Part shown: positions 41,086 through 56,799 of the stretch, piece after piece
Numbering within the stretch: position 1 is the stretch's first letter
Layout: each line of letters opens with the position of its first letter
Source of the DNA: Eledone cirrhosa
Lineage: Eukaryota
Direction of reading: 5' to 3'
Assembly: GCA_964016885.1 (NCBI GenBank)
Contig: OZ024742.1
Location: forward strand, 257,982,001 to 258,046,000
Length of the DNA stretch: 64,000 nt
Translations under genes and position numbers: made by a program
The notes under the pieces: model-generated
The model's input: the letters and a program-made list of their open reading frames with translations, nothing else
Databases searched by the model: none
Told to the model about the DNA's origin: nothing

Positions 41086-41095
<10 letters not shown>

Positions 41096-41206
41096 ATATA
41101 TATATATATATATATATGAGTGTGTGTGTTTTGATGGTAGCTATGATGGTTCCATAGGCGGTATGCCGGTTGAGCACTCTATGTTCTTACCCTACATTAG
41201 GTGCAG

Positions 41207-41240
<34 letters not shown>

Positions 41241-41555
41241 GCTCAAATACATTCAAACAAATACGCGCCCAATTACCCCCGTGCCCACATACATATACAG
41301 AGATACATACACGCATACATATATCAGTCCGTACTCAAGTATGATATACTCACAGTCATATAAAACTTCACAATGGGTCGTACAGGGTGATCCATGAAAA
41401 GATACATCTTGTTATACCGATGCACAAATATAAAAAATGTAACCAAATACATACATCCATACACCTACATGCATGTATACATACACACATATAAATAAAT
41501 AAATAAGTAAATAAAAAAATAATTATATGTATATATATATATATATATACATATA

Positions 41556-42539
41556 ACCTGGAAATTATTTATCCCAAATTGTAGAAATCTTATAACGAAA
41601 CGGCTGACTGGAAGGAAAGAGATATTTATTTAATAATGTCTCATATAAAATAATACAACCAACTATCCACGAAATACTGATTAGTTAGCACCCAAACAGT
41701 AAATTGGGATAATACTTAGGTATATCCTAATGTTTGTTGAGTGAGATGGAGTTGGTCGGAGTATCGCTTAAGGCTTTCTCTGTTTATGTATTGAATATAT
41801 ACTCTTGGTGGCCTGATATGATTTCCAGATATAAGGTATGACACTCTTTATTATTATTATTTTTTATATGAAATACTGATTGATCTTCCTTGTCTGATTT
41901 AGCCTTAGAAAACGGCTATGTGTGTATATGGGTGATCCATACATGTATTTATTATGTTTTAATATCTCTGTGTGTGCATTGGTTGTGTATACATATGGTT
42001 ATTCTTTTAATTTCCAATTCAGTTCTTATACACGTAGTTAATACCTAACAGGTTTAAATGACCAGCGTGTATATTGTTTTATTTTACGATGACCTCCCTT
42101 TACCCTTTTGAGGACAGCGTGTATTTTGTCTTTGGGAGTACTGCTGGATTTTCTAATCTACCAGTCTCTTAGTGCTGAGGGAGACCATCACCATTCTATT
42201 AATGTCGATATAATTCTTATATCGATATTATTTGGGCATCCGCTGATGAGTTTGTAAGAGCCCGCTTGTGTTAAAACTATGGATTTCATACAAGTTTCTA
42301 CATAAACTGGAAATTATTTATCCCAAATTGTAGAAATCTGATAACGAAACGGCTGACTGGAAGGAAAGAGATATTTATTTAATAATGTCTCATATAAAAT
42401 AATACAACCAACTATCCACGAAATACTGGTTAGTTAGCACCCCAAACACTAAATTGGGATAATACCTAGGTATATCCTAATGTTTGTTGAGTGAGATGGA
42501 ATTGGTCGGAGTATCGCTTAAGGCTCTGTTTATGTATTG

Positions 42540-42540
<1 letters not shown>
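41556..42540 (+). mobile_element. Non-coding partial-tandem repeat (~240-bp direct repeats) with a hammerhead-like motif at 42239-42361
   Basis: 41556-41795 repeats at 42305-42540. Motif UCCG-CUGAUGA-GUU...~95 nt...AAC-GAAAC-GGCU-GAC/UGGA has a non-canonical GAC triplet. Confidence 0.65.
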
Positions 42541-42571
<31 letters not shown>

Positions 42572-42596
42572 TATAAACACACATATATATATATAC

Positions 42597-42693
<97 letters not shown>

Positions 42694-43040
42694 TACACAC
42701 ACACACATATATGTGTACATACACAAACATACATACACATCTATAAAAAAAACCTAAATATACTAAAATCTACGTATAACGTCATACATTAAAAGATGTA
42801 TCTTGTACTAAACATTTACAGATATAAACATTATAATCATATACATACACCCATACGCATTCACGTAACATATACGTATATAACTCTCTATACATACACA
42901 CACATCTATATACATACACATACGCATACACATATACACACATATAAAAACAATAATATAAATATACAATATATTCAAATATGCATATAACGCGTATGTT
43001 GTTAGTTATATGGTTGTGTATATGTGTATGTATATATGTA

Positions 43041-43102
<62 letters not shown>

Positions 43103-43150
43103 AATAATGATGGCTGCGCGTTGCAAATGGTGGTGCATATGAAAAAGTAA

Positions 43151-43252
43151 GTCCTTCATCAGTGACCCTCCAGCCGTCCCAGGCATTTCATCGCTTTAAG
43201 GGCCATATACCTCAGGTTGGTGCGAACAACGGCTAAAAAAAGTCGTTGGGAC
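43151..43252 (-). ncRNA. Diverged third copy of permuted hammerhead, family 1
   Basis: GUCC-CAACGACU..AGCCGUUG-UUCGCA-CCAACC-UGA-GGUAU-A/UGGCCCU-UAAAGCGAU-GAAAUGCC-UGGGAC-GGCUGG-AGGGUCA-CUGAUGA-A-GGAC. Compensatory changes relative to copies 1 and 2. Confidence 0.72.
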
Positions 43253-44007
43253 ACGTAAATAAAGGGGACGTTAGGGGTAACAAACAAAATGGTTTAAGCA
43301 ACGGAAAGTGAGAAGAAATAGACAAGTCCCAGATCTCTATGAATATAAACTCGGTGAAATCGTGAACAAGAGACAAAAGACCATCAAACCTGGTTGAAAT
43401 GTGAGCAAGGAAGGAATTTCGCACAAGTCTAACGGGGGGAAGATATATATATATATATATAGGTATATATGTGTATGTATGTGTGTATGTATGTATATTT
43501 GTGTGTATGTGTATATGTGTATGTGTGTGTATATATGTGTATATGTGTGTGCGGGTGGAAGTGTGAAATACCAAACCCAGCATGAATTCATTGAAGTGTG
43601 TCAAGCAGACGGTAGCTGATGGAGAGTCTGACAGAAACTATTAGCCTGAATTTATGATGACGTAGTTAAACAACAGTCAACAGCAGGACAAGCTAAGAAG
43701 ATGTTTTTTAACGCTAACACCCCAGTGAGAAAATTTGATCCGGAATTATTGCCATGTCCGACGAACCTGCAGTTTCCAGGATCAGACAGATCCATACAAT
43801 GATCGTGTCTCGAGCTGTCTGCGGGCGAAACAATTGTAAAACACAATAAATTGAGTCCAGATGCATCACTGATTTTTCGTTTTATAATATATATATATTG
43901 TTTTATATTTTGTCTATATATAAATATATATATATAATGTAATTAGAATTGTTTTACAATGTTATATGCATTCTTACAATTATATGTTTATATATATATA
44001 CAGAGAT

Positions 44008-44091
<84 letters not shown>

Positions 44092-44292
44092 TAAGTGAGA
44101 GTGCGATAGGGGAGGGGATTAAATGCAATGTTATATGTTATTGTTATATGAAATTTAATGCCTAAATTGATTTATGTATTGCGACTGCAACAATATTAAT
44201 ATTTCCGCTACGGGGACAGTTACGCGGAGACAATTTCAGATAGTAACCCAAAACAGATGTAATCTGCCGTTAGTGCAGTTTAAGGTAGATGG

Positions 44293-44346
<54 letters not shown>

Positions 44347-44393
44347 TCTCTCTCCCTCTCTCCTCTCTCCTCTCTCTCTCTCTCTCTCTATCT

Positions 44394-44442
<49 letters not shown>

Positions 44443-45877
44443 CTTTCAGTCTTATCACAGACTTCGACTTCAATGCCAAATTAACTGAAGAGCTAGAAGA
44501 GGTTTTCGGCATTTTTACTAATTTCCTACATGAAAATATCTTCTATATGCTTATTAATATTATGTGTATTTCTTTTAATGTTAGACAGTCTTATGTGCCG
44601 ACTCATCTCCATTGATTCATCGTATTATCTGTCTTTCATGTAACATTGCATATGCGTCACATAATTATATACAAATTAAACTTATAAAATCATCTATGCG
44701 TTAATATTTCCGATAAAGCCAGGGGCTAAACAAGTGAAATGTTTCTTTATATATGTTCCATATAGACATTATTAGTTTCTATGATATTTAAATAATATTG
44801 TAATAGTATGTTACGTTTGTAATCAATTGATTCATTTGAAAGAATTTATTTTATTACCAAATGTAAACGGATTACTTTTTTCTATATATCATTAGGTATG
44901 CCAAATTTACGTATAGTTCAGAAAGAGCTCATTTGTTAAAAATACTTTCAGTTGTCGATTAGGTTTTGATGTTCTAGATACTATTAGAATTATATCCTGT
45001 AGATATGAGCTTATATGATATTCATATGCCATCTGGGGAAAGATAATTTGTAATGAATACTTTGTTAGATCTATGTGTTAGAGAGTCCATTAGTGCCACT
45101 GATGTATATGTACATTTAGCAATGGCTGGAAGATGTCATTTTGTTAAAAAATATATTGAGGATACCATTATTAACTCCACCCACTTAAGATTAAAACATG
45201 ACCATCCCACGCAGCATAGGTAAATACATTATATTGTGTGTGATGTTAGTTAAAAGCCTTGCACTATTCAATACTATTTTAAAATGGCGGCTATATTTCA
45301 CTGTCTGCGAAAATATATACTTGATATATATTTTTAATGCGAAATATTCTACATTAATTTTGATGCTATTTACATAACCAAAGTCAGAAAGCTTTAGTGA
45401 GATAATAGTAGATATGTTTCATGGAAATGTTACTAATGTTGTGTCTCTCCAAAATTAACATTTTTCCATATATGTAGATATTAGTCATTTGTATCTATGT
45501 CTTGTCACTAATGTGTTTCCGTGTAACGAAATACGCATTAATATTTCTATATAAAATCGTATATTAACACCACCATTTAACGGATTTATAGAAGGCACTA
45601 TATTCCGTTTTGCTGTTATTTTCTCACTTATACGTTGATGGAGACGAATAAAGATTTCTTACTTATTTTGAATAATACAATCCATAGCGATTGTAAATAG
45701 TATCACTCAGTATTTTCTGTATGATATTTATTATGATTATAATAAAATTAAGTATCGTTTATAATCATTTGTCCATCCAGATCTTTCAATGAAAGTGTAA
45801 TTTGCATGTTCTTAGAAAGTTTATAGCATGTGTTACCTCAATTTAGTTATGTCGTGCACTGTTTGAATTAACATAAC

Positions 45878-45916
<39 letters not shown>

Positions 45917-45954
45917 TGCGGCTATACGCACACACACACTGTTTATATGTATGT

Positions 45955-46002
<48 letters not shown>

Positions 46003-46007
<5 letters not shown>

Positions 46008-47301
46008 CATAAATCATGTCTTATGAATCATCAGATATTAAAATATAGACTATTTCTTCTTCTAATCAGCATAATTAACCATATACAAAATCCATCCTAG
46101 CAAGTTATAAGGATAAATTCTCTTATGGGGAAATCTCCGACAAATAATCGATCGTAGCCTCTTCGCGTCTGCCCCGTTCCATTATTTATCCAACATTTCG
46201 ACAGCATGTAGGATCCGACTAAATATACCATCAACCACACATAATTAGTAGTGAAATTAAACTTAGAAGACATGCGCACATACCGTAATTATATCTCTAC
46301 CATGGTTTCTTCCTTATTTAGGACTTCCAAATAATATGGATGCTCAGAGTTAGGTTTCATCAGGAGATAGACTCAAAATCAGACATTTAGTTTTTCTAAC
46401 CGATCGCGCCAAATTTAGATTCAAAAATGGCTAAAATTGCTATGTAGCTGTGTTCCAGCCAGAGAGAAAGAGTGTGATTGGTTGCTTACGGCGGGTAGGC
46501 TTGCTGCTTGAAAGCGCAGCCATATATCGCCAAATTTAATCTCAACCAATTGGGAGATTATTATTTTTTGACTTTAATTTATTAATTCATCATAGAGCTT
46601 AAAAGTGAACAGTTGCAACATATATATATCTTAAACTGTATGTATATGATAACCTTTATATTTAATAATCTCCCAATTGGTTGAGATTAAATTTGGCGAT
46701 ATATGGTTGCGCTTTCTAGCAGCAGGCCTACCCGCCGTAAGCAACCAATCACACTCTTTCTCTCTGGCTGGAACACAGCTACATAGCGATTTTAGCCATT
46801 TTTGAATCTAAATTTGGCGCGATTGGTTAGAAAAACTAAATGTCTGATTTTGAGTTTATCTCCTGATGAAACCTAACTCTGAGCATCCATATTATTTGGA
46901 AGTCCTAAATAAGGAAGAAAACATGGTAGAGATATAATTACGGTATGTGCGCATGTATTCTAAGTTTAATTTTACTATTAATTATGTGTGGTTGATGGTA
47001 TATTTAGTCGGATCCTACATGCTGTCGAAATGTTGGATAAATAATGGAACGGGGCCGACGCGAAGAGGCTACGATCGATTATTTGTCGGAGATTTCCCCA
47101 TAAGAGAATTTATTCTTATAACTTGCTAGGATGGATTTTGTATATGGTTAATTATGCTGATTAGAAGAAGAAATAGTATATATTTTAATATCTGATGTTT
47201 CATAAGACATGATTTATGATATAATGCTCTGATTTTTTGATTTTAATTTATTAATTCTTCATAGAGCTTAAAAGTGAACAGTTGCAACATATATATATCT
47301 T
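46003..47301. mobile_element. ~560-bp inverted repeat (pLTR-like, non-coding) with a hammerhead in each arm
   Basis: Arms 46003-46563 and 46663-47222. HHR UAUCUC-CUGAUGA-~48 nt-GAAAC-CAUG-GUA/GAGAUA at 46292-46369 (minus) and 46857-46934 (plus, C15.2A). Confidence 0.85.
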
Positions 47302-48317
47302 TAACCCTATATATATATATATACATATATATATATACTCTTGTTATAAGATATTGACTAACCACGGTTAGTTGTACAACACATTAATCAGTAAACGATA
47401 ATGCAATTAGGTTCAAGTCCTCAACGTCATGCGTATCCTTACAAATCCGATTGTTTTGCCTATGGCGGAGTATACTTACAATAATTAAAATTGCCAATGC
47501 CATATGCAGATATGCATTCTTCATTTTATTCATTATCCACCGTAATGCAAATTTCTGAGAAGTTAATGATTAGGTAATGTTGCCATCATGCACCCACTGT
47601 CAGGAAAGCATCTTAAGAAATAAAGTTGTTATATAACATCTGTAAGGCCATATAGGCTATCTACAAGAAGTGGAACGAATTCGATGCTGCTTTTATAAGA
47701 TTTCGTCCACATATCAATTCAAATGTCTCTTTAATCTTGCTCGTTTAATATAGAGCGGGAGATTGATTAACACTCCACTACTACTCTACACTCTGTATGT
47801 AGTTAAAACTAGCTAATGTTATTCATGACAAGCCTCCCAGTCATATATCATAGAACTTCCCCTTCACAGTTGCTGAGATACGACGGTTCTATTTAGTTCT
47901 ATTTGGAGGAAAAAAGGTATCTTCACTTTCTGGAATCGCATTCATGTCACCATAACAGTTTAGTAGGAATTGGGTATTAACATGCTTCCCTCTGCACTAG
48001 TATCACTGACGTGCAGCATTACAATCCAGGTCTCTCGGCTGACCGTACATACATATATTGTTAAAGAAAATAAATGAATGAATGAATAAATTAATAGATT
48101 CACGTTTAGTGGTTCAGAATTCTAATTCAAAACTCAAAATGCCGAGTATTCAATGTCTAACTATGTGAAATTTAAGACAAACAAAATAAATATGATTATA
48201 TACAAATGTACAAGACAAGAGGAAAAACAAATGTACTGCTAAGAATGTATTACGTTAAACTAAGAATATGAGAAATATGAATATAAAGTAAAAGAGTATA
48301 AAAAGGAATGTATTTAA

Positions 48318-48381
<64 letters not shown>

Positions 48382-48540
48382 TATCCAGGGAGTGTAACTT
48401 GAATTTACTGTAGGTTCACCCGGGTGAGCACTCAATGTTTATGTTCACTTCAGTGTCGAGGTGTAGATCTAAACAGAGTGCATTATATTGAAATAAGATA
48501 ACAAAGACGATTGGTTACTCCTTCATTACGTTTATTGGTT

Positions 48541-48625
48541 GGTGACGCGCGTTTCGCCACTAATAAGTTGAAGGTTCGATCTGCATCGATCGGACACAAC
48601 TCTGTAATCCGCGGCTCGTCAGACC
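48541..48625 (-). ncRNA. Type I hammerhead with ~50-nt loop II, intact core
   Basis: GGU-CUGACGA-GCCGC...GUGGC-GAAAC-GCGC-GUC/ACC, with palindromic stem III. Confidence 0.8.
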
Positions 48626-49348
48626 CGTTGTAATTTTAACAGAAAAAAATATATATATACAAACATATATATAAAAGACACACACTATATGGCTGTATAA
48701 AAATGAGTGACGAAGTATCACGAGGAGACGTGCATGCCCATGTGCTGCAAATTCATACGCAAACACAGCAAGCAGCTCCATGTTCAAATACGTTCTTACA
48801 TATATACATACAGAATGGGAAGGCCTTATATAAGTACATCACATTTTAAGTTGCCTTATAGCAGTATATGATAGACACTTCAGGTAAACTACGTGCACTC
48901 GATGATATGAGATAAGTGTGCATTGCTTATGAGTGGAAATTAGTGAAATGATGCGGAAGCTCCATGAATGTTTATCTTAGATCGTTTCGATGCTATCTAC
49001 AAGCAGTAACAACCTCGATGACCACAAATGCCATGTGCAATTAGACATCCACGCACCTATGCGCATACATGCACAGGCACACACATATACGTGGATCTTA
49101 TAAGTACCGAGACACTTGGATTTATGAACACCCGTTCAGGTGCAGATATATATAGGTTTGCCCTGATGTACAGTGCCCTAAAGCAAAAACTACATCCGTA
49201 TTAGATCTATGTATATCTAGACACTCACTTATCAGATACACAGACACGCATCCACATCCACATTTACTCTCTCACACACACACATGAGCCTGCACACACC
49301 CACTCACAAAAGCACACCTAAACACTCACACACATATTTACAATATAT

Positions 49349-49432
<84 letters not shown>

Positions 49433-49973
49433 CAAATATATATATATGGTGGGGGTGCAAATATATATTTAAGAATGCACATATTAGAAATATTTAATAT
49501 ATCTGTAACTCCACAATTCAGACAGCTAAATAAATAATTCATTCCACACCGCAACATATTACAGATTTGGTTCGGATAAATGAATTCAATTTATTTGCTT
49601 ACCTTTCTTCACAACTATTTGAAAAGCACCAAAATCAGAGTTTCGAAATATATCGTACACAGTGTAAGAAAATAAATACCAAAAATATGTATCTCAGGTC
49701 TGAAAAAAAAGAAAAAGCAAAATGGCTTGTGCAATTATTTATGTCGTTTCTACTGTATGAAGAATGAACGTCCTAAGTTCAATACCGTTGGGATTACCAA
49801 TATTTGTTTACAGACTCCATTCATTGCGTGTCCATGTTAAGCTTCTTCAACTAGTCTTAAATCACAAATCAAATATATTTGTATTCCCGGAAATTACTCG
49901 ATGGCGGCCATCACGAATAATAAAAGAGTTTTCTTTTCTAGGTTTCCCTGTGTGTACATCTATGTATGCATAA

Positions 49974-50041
<68 letters not shown>

Positions 50042-50071
50042 GTGTGTGTCGTGCATGTCTGTGTGCCTATA

Positions 50072-50147
<76 letters not shown>

Positions 50148-50180
50148 CATATATATATATATATACATACATATATACCC

Positions 50181-50216
<36 letters not shown>

Positions 50217-50619
50217 GTATGTATACATACTCATTTTCATTGACTTGATAAGTCCTTTTGTTGAGAAACGCACAGTAATCCCCAACGATATATACATATT
50301 AACATACTATTACGATGCTGGAACAATATCATTCATTTCAGCTTCTTTTACTGTATGTTATTATTCCAGTATATTTTGTATATATATTCTGAGGGTTTAT
50401 TTTTCATTTTATTCTGTCTTTCTATTTAACCTCTGAATATTTACTTTTCATGGCACGACCAATCTTTCCAGCATTGTGTTCAGAGGACAAGTCTATTTGC
50501 ATCTCGTGTCTTGCAGCATTAATTGAATATATACGTATATGTAATCAGGAGTCTCGCTGTCATCTAGGAAAACATGCTCCTTCTAATGCTGCGACAGGCA
50601 AACAAAGGACGCATCTTTA

Positions 50620-50653
50620 TTTATATATATATCTATATATATCTATATATCTA

Positions 50654-50741
<88 letters not shown>

Positions 50742-50788
50742 TATATACATATGTATATATATATACATATATATACATATATATATAC

Positions 50789-50839
<51 letters not shown>

Positions 50840-50846
50840 TATATAT

Positions 50847-50893
<47 letters not shown>

Positions 50894-50894
50894 C

Positions 50895-50977
<83 letters not shown>

Positions 50978-51018
50978 TATATACATATGTATATATATAT
51001 ATATACATATATATATAC

Positions 51019-51103
<85 letters not shown>

Positions 51104-51184
51104 CATGTATATATATTTATTTATTTATTCATTTATATAGGGTTTGCTAGAGAGAGAGAGAGAGATAGATAGAGAGAGATAGAA

Positions 51185-51277
<93 letters not shown>
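50620..51277. repeat. Long compound (TC)/(TA, TACA)/(GA) microsatellite
   Basis: Direct observation. Confidence 0.95.
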
Positions 51278-51281
<4 letters not shown>

Positions 51282-52007
51282 TATATGAACGTCACATATA
51301 TTTCACAGATAATTAGCTCAAAATATTTAATGATGTGATAGACCTGAATCCATAATCTATCTGCTCATCAGAGGTGGGGACTCATTTTGATATGTTGACT
51401 TCCGTTCAGCTGAGTTGAATAAACCAGAATAATCTAACTCATCTTGCACGAAAAGACATTGCGCCACACAAAATCGAATTTGTGATCTTACGATCGTGAG
51501 ACGAACTCCAATACCAATCTTACTGCTATATCAGATGTCTTCATTAACCCTTAACACATTGTTAGTGATTTAGCAGTAGTATCTAAAACGATGTTTCATA
51601 CGTCCTATGCATATATATAGTGGACAGTTTTCTGTGAAAATTTGAAATATTAAAATTATTATCTTTAATATTATGTAGTCATATATTATTATCTACTTTC
51701 TTAGGAATTGATACATTTAATTTAAAAAGATGTAAAATAAATATTCCTTCGTGGATATTTTTGATAATTTTTGAAAAATATAAACTAGTTGAATAAATTA
51801 TGCTATTTCCAATTATTTAGATAACAAATGAGAAGATTTTTGTATTATCTGAGGTTCTTTATTGCTATTGTGAATGAATTGTTAAGTTATTATTTAAAAG
51901 TAGATGCAAAATCGTCTTTTTGTTTAATATCTGTTGGTATTCTATTACTTTCTTTATGAAGATATTTTCTCATTTAAGTGTATGAATACATTATTTATGT
52001 TTTAACA

Positions 52008-52195
52008 GGGCGGTGAATTGGCAGAATCGGTAGACGTCGGATGCAATGCTTTGCAGTAAAGAGTTACGACCCTTTATGGTCTGAGTTCAAATCCCGCCAA
52101 GGTTAATTTTGCCTTTCATCCTTACGGGGTCGAATAAATAAAGCACCAGTAATACACTGGGATAATTGCTGGCCTTGTGTCAAAAATACAAACAA
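52008..52195 (+). mobile_element. Full-length tRNA-derived SINE
   Basis: A-box-like tggcagaatcgg and B-box-like gagttcaaatcc, with a 3' body shared with the other copies. Confidence 0.8.
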
Positions 52196-55086
52196 TTATT
52201 TATGTTTTAAACAATGTTGTTTACTTCAGAAGCATTGAGAACATATTATATGTATGTGCCCCAATGCAAATCAGGATAATAATACGCAAGCACTTTTCCC
52301 AGGTTCTTAACATATTTTTACAGATCGACATTTATTATCTTCATTTTATTATGTTCATATTATTTTCATTGCCCCCAGTGGGTACTGTCAGCAGCAGCCA
52401 TCTCCAATTCCTCTGGCTGTATTCCCAAGTGAGACCAGCCGGGCTCATGTATGTTATCCAACCTTTTGCTCCTGACCTACTTCCGGGTCTCTTGCCGGTT
52501 AGTTTTGTCCGTAAATTCTATCCAGCTATATATTATTTTAAAATTGAATTATATTTATGTTTCATTTCAAAACCTTTACTTCTATACTTTAAACTTATTC
52601 GAAAGAGGAAAAATGTTTTTGTTTCAATGTTTTATCTTAAAATATATTTTTCATTGAATGTCTTACAAGTGAACATTTAAATATCTCTTTTTATAACGAG
52701 GAACATCATGTCTAATTTGTATAGTTGGTCGCTTAATATCGACCAAATGAAAGTCGGAATGTAAGACACATATATATAGTAATTGCTGAAATCAGCAACA
52801 ATTTATTTCCCGTTAATTCTCGAAGGTATTTCTAAAATGCAAGACAACAGAACATGTTACATTGTGTCCATGATTTACCTTACCAAGAAACCGTCGCCAT
52901 TTAAATTTATAAGAATGTTATTGTTTCAAGGCCAGAAGTGATTACTAAGTTTCAAACGCCGATAGCTTTCAAAACAGGCATCTTCAAAATGTAGAAAAAT
53001 AGGAAATTCAATAAATTGAATGAAACCTTTCAATAAAAACTGGCGACTGTCTTACACAATAAAAATATTTTTGTAAATGTAGACATATCACAAAGGGCAT
53101 ATACGGAATGAACAGCAATAATTATAACAATTGAAGGGGGTTGATTAACAAATATAGAAAACAACAATGACAGGATGAATTACATAAATAACAATGTCAC
53201 GCCCATAAAATTACTATCACGAAACACACAATCAGACAAAGAAAGGAACAGACACCACTACATCTATCATTTTTTATGATGCAACTTGAAGTTGTTTCAA
53301 AAAATGGGAAGCCTTCTCATTAAAGTAAGATATACATGCCTGACCTTAATGCAATTTTCAATTCGATTCGACGAGCCATAATGCGTGACAAAACTGGAAA
53401 TTTGAATTACAGGTACAATCCCACTGACGGCCTTACAAAAAATTTCCTTCTACTCAGTTTCCCTCACAAAGTATGAATTGATACGATATTATAGTAAATG
53501 AGACGCGCAAAAGACATCATGCGGTGGGATCGAATCCGGAATATAATGACTGGGTAGAAAACATCTTAAACATTCAGCCAGGCTGCTGTATTTCATCATA
53601 TGAGTATATTTGTGAATCAACACAAAATTTTGAAAACCAGTAAAACACTAACAAAATCCCCACATTATAGATTTCTTGGTAATTCTATGAATGTATAAGC
53701 ATACATTTTCATCTAATTAGATATTCCATATTCCGTATGTATCATTAACGTAATCATTGTGAAGACAAAGTGTACTAGATATCGTTCCCGTTGGATTACA
53801 TGTACGAGTGATATTTCCCCTCTGAGTGAAATAGAGCATCATGATATAAAGCCTTTGCTGAATAACATAAAATGTTGTCGGGAATCCTTTGGGATATAAC
53901 ATCTCTACACATTATCCAAGATGGCAGTCTACTTGTTAAATAATTTGCTACTAAATAGAAATATGTTGATGCCCCGTTCACGCTATGAGCCACCAACACA
54001 GCATTCCAACTAACCATTGCACAGCACTTATAACGTAAGTTTAATAAAGGTAAAGACCCACTCTGGTAACGAATTCCCATGGAGTTGGAACCCAGAATAT
54101 TACCCTCTGAGGCAAAAGAGCGAGTAAGACCAGTAATCACCCATGCTGTCCAAGAGAAGGGCAAACGCCAATAAAGCTTGGCTCCAATGACATCATGACT
54201 CATTTCTACAGCAAAGAGCAATGGAACAACGTGCACTAAAGTGTTTTCTCATGGCCACAACGCATCACCCGGTATGGGAATCGAAGTCTGAATCTCGTGA
54301 TTGTAAATCTAACTCTCTAACAATTAATACACGTACCTTTAATGCAATAGCACCAAATAAATATTGTTTTGTTCTCTTTTATGTTTTCCCTTTTATTCAT
54401 TTGTTCATTTCCAAACAACTTTTTGCGCTTTAATTAAGAACAGCGCCGGACTGGCAACAATTCTATACTAACATTCTGACCTTCTCCATGTATTTCATGG
54501 AGGGAAATTGGATACACAGGATTAAATTATCCACCCCAAAATGTATTATTTAGAAAAAAACACACAATTTTTTTTTATTTTTATTTAACAAAAATGCAAA
54601 TACGTACATCAATGGCTATATGGCTGAATAGTTCACTCCTCAAACATGTGTTCGTGATTTCAGTCCCATTGCATGTCATGGTTGTCTTTTATTATAGCCT
54701 ATCGTTCACCAATATCATGTGAGTGGAATTTGGTTGTGGAAACTGCAGAATGTGCCATGTATGGTATACTTATTGATTCCCTTTCTCTCTTACTATCTAT
54801 CTCCTTTCTCCTCATCTCCCCACTCTCTCTCTCTCTTTCTCTCTCTTTATCTCTCTCTGTCCCCTTAATACTTTTCCACTCCTCTCTCGTTTCCCTTTGT
54901 CTCTTCCTCTCAACACCTATCTTCGCTATGACCAGACATTCTTTTCTGTCTCTCCTGCTTGCTGGTAGTAAGGGTTCAGATCTTATATTCGGACTAAGTA
55001 TTAACTGTTTCCTCTATCGGTATGTCTTTCATTTTGTATTTTATTTTGGGTTTTGTCGTTCTGTTCGTTATCGTCTATTGTGTCTC

Positions 55087-55160
55087 TTCCCGGATAGTTA
55101 TCCATTTCAGCTACCAACGCATTGCATCAGTGATCCACAGAATACAGCAGATGAGCGGAA
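55087..55160 (+). ncRNA. Internally deleted second copy of permuted hammerhead, family 2
   Basis: Aligns with 16383-16490 and its downstream flank, but lacks ~32 nt covering the cleavage strand and GAAA. Retains AAUACAG-CAGAUGA-GC-GGAA. Confidence 0.5.
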
Positions 55161-55649
55161 ACTTTCCTTGTGTTTGTGATTCTTTCACGTTTTCGAAATA
55201 ATATTTATTAATAAACACACAGCGCTGTTGTCACTTTTTAATTCATATATAGATATATATCTGCATATGTATATGTGCGCGTCTGTGGTGTGTGTGTTAT
55301 GTATCAATTTCTGCCATTTGCTGTTTCGAATAATGATATTACAAATGGTCCCTATCTACTTCCATTGAATGCTTTGTTTTTAGGGTATATTTTCCACATG
55401 ATCATAAATTCCTAAGTTAGATACATGGTTTTGCCTTTTCACATTCAGAAAAAAAAATTGTTTTAGTGAACTGACCTACCTGCAATGCAAAGAGTCAGCC
55501 TTGCCACATTCTGTGTCAAACAGTACTTTACTGTGAACTAAGTGTTTGTGGAATACTCAATCGTCGTCGTAAGCGACGGAGTGCCAGATATATGTGTATG
55601 GTTGCATGTGTGTATGCATACACACACACACACACATATATATATATAA

Positions 55650-56098
55650 AGACCTGAAAATCGGCCTCTTCATTGCTGTAGTGGAGTATGTGTTGCTGTA
55701 CGGGTCTGAGACTTGGACACTGACCAAGAAACTCACTCAGATGGTGGATGGGTGCTACACGAGAATGCTGAGGATGGCTCTGAACATTAATCAGTATACA
55801 CTGAGGATAAAAAGCTCAGAGCTGTATGGGAGCATCCCAAAAGTCAGCCCAAAAGTGACACAGAGGAGACTGAGGTTGGCTGGACATGCTCACCGACATC
55901 CAGAGTTGACATTGCACTCAGTGCTCCTGTGGGAACCACTACATGGACACACTGGAAGAGGAAGACCAAGGTTAACGTATGTTGATGCCCTGAGGACAGA
56001 CACTGGTCTGTTGGAATCGCAGGACATGGCAACGATAATGATGGACGGAGACCGGTGGGGATACTCGTCCATAGATCTCGGGAATTTTACCCGCCCTA

Positions 56099-56100
<2 letters not shown>
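55650..56100 (+). mobile_element. RTE-clade LINE 3' fragment
   Basis: VLLYGSETWTLTK, RMLRMALNI, RRLRLAGHAHRH, LLWEP..G.GRPR. Flanked by (TA)n. Confidence 0.85.
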
Positions 56101-56138
<38 letters not shown>

Positions 56139-56799
56139 AAATGGAAGTTCAGCATAATCGAAGATCTGGCTACAGCTATGCTAACGTATGCCATCGGAAT
56201 GTGCGGCTAAGCACTCAATAAGGTATTTTAGCTTAGGGTAATAACATTATGTTTAGACAGCTTTGCAAATTGAAGATTGCGACCGGTAAGCCAGCCGCAA
56301 TAACCAAAGCAACGAGAAAACCAACTCAGGGTAATTTGATAATTCCTATATATATATACATAGGAACAGAGTCAAGACCCCCACGGCTGAGCTCCGGCCG
56401 TTTAGACAGCTTAATCCTTATACATATACTAATTGACAGGTTGATAAATTATTGCTGCAGCAAGCATGACGGCTGGGAGGCCGTTTCAGGAACTATGTCT
56501 GCTGGGCATACAAGCAGTAGGATGTGTGATATTCCCTGCCGGCAGCATATGTCTATTTTTTTTTTTTCATCTGAGGATACCGTTCTCATAACAACAAGAA
56601 ATGTATGAAGGACTTCTTAGTAGCATGGAGAACCGTGGACATAATTATAATGATTAAACGATTTATGTAACATCAGCACTATTATTTTTGTTATTTTTAT
56701 GAAATTTCTGTCGTAACTAAAAATAAGAATGTTGAGAGCTTTCTCCTGATTGGTGCTGTTTTTACCAAAACATTCTCTTCGGAAGACATACGGCTCCAG

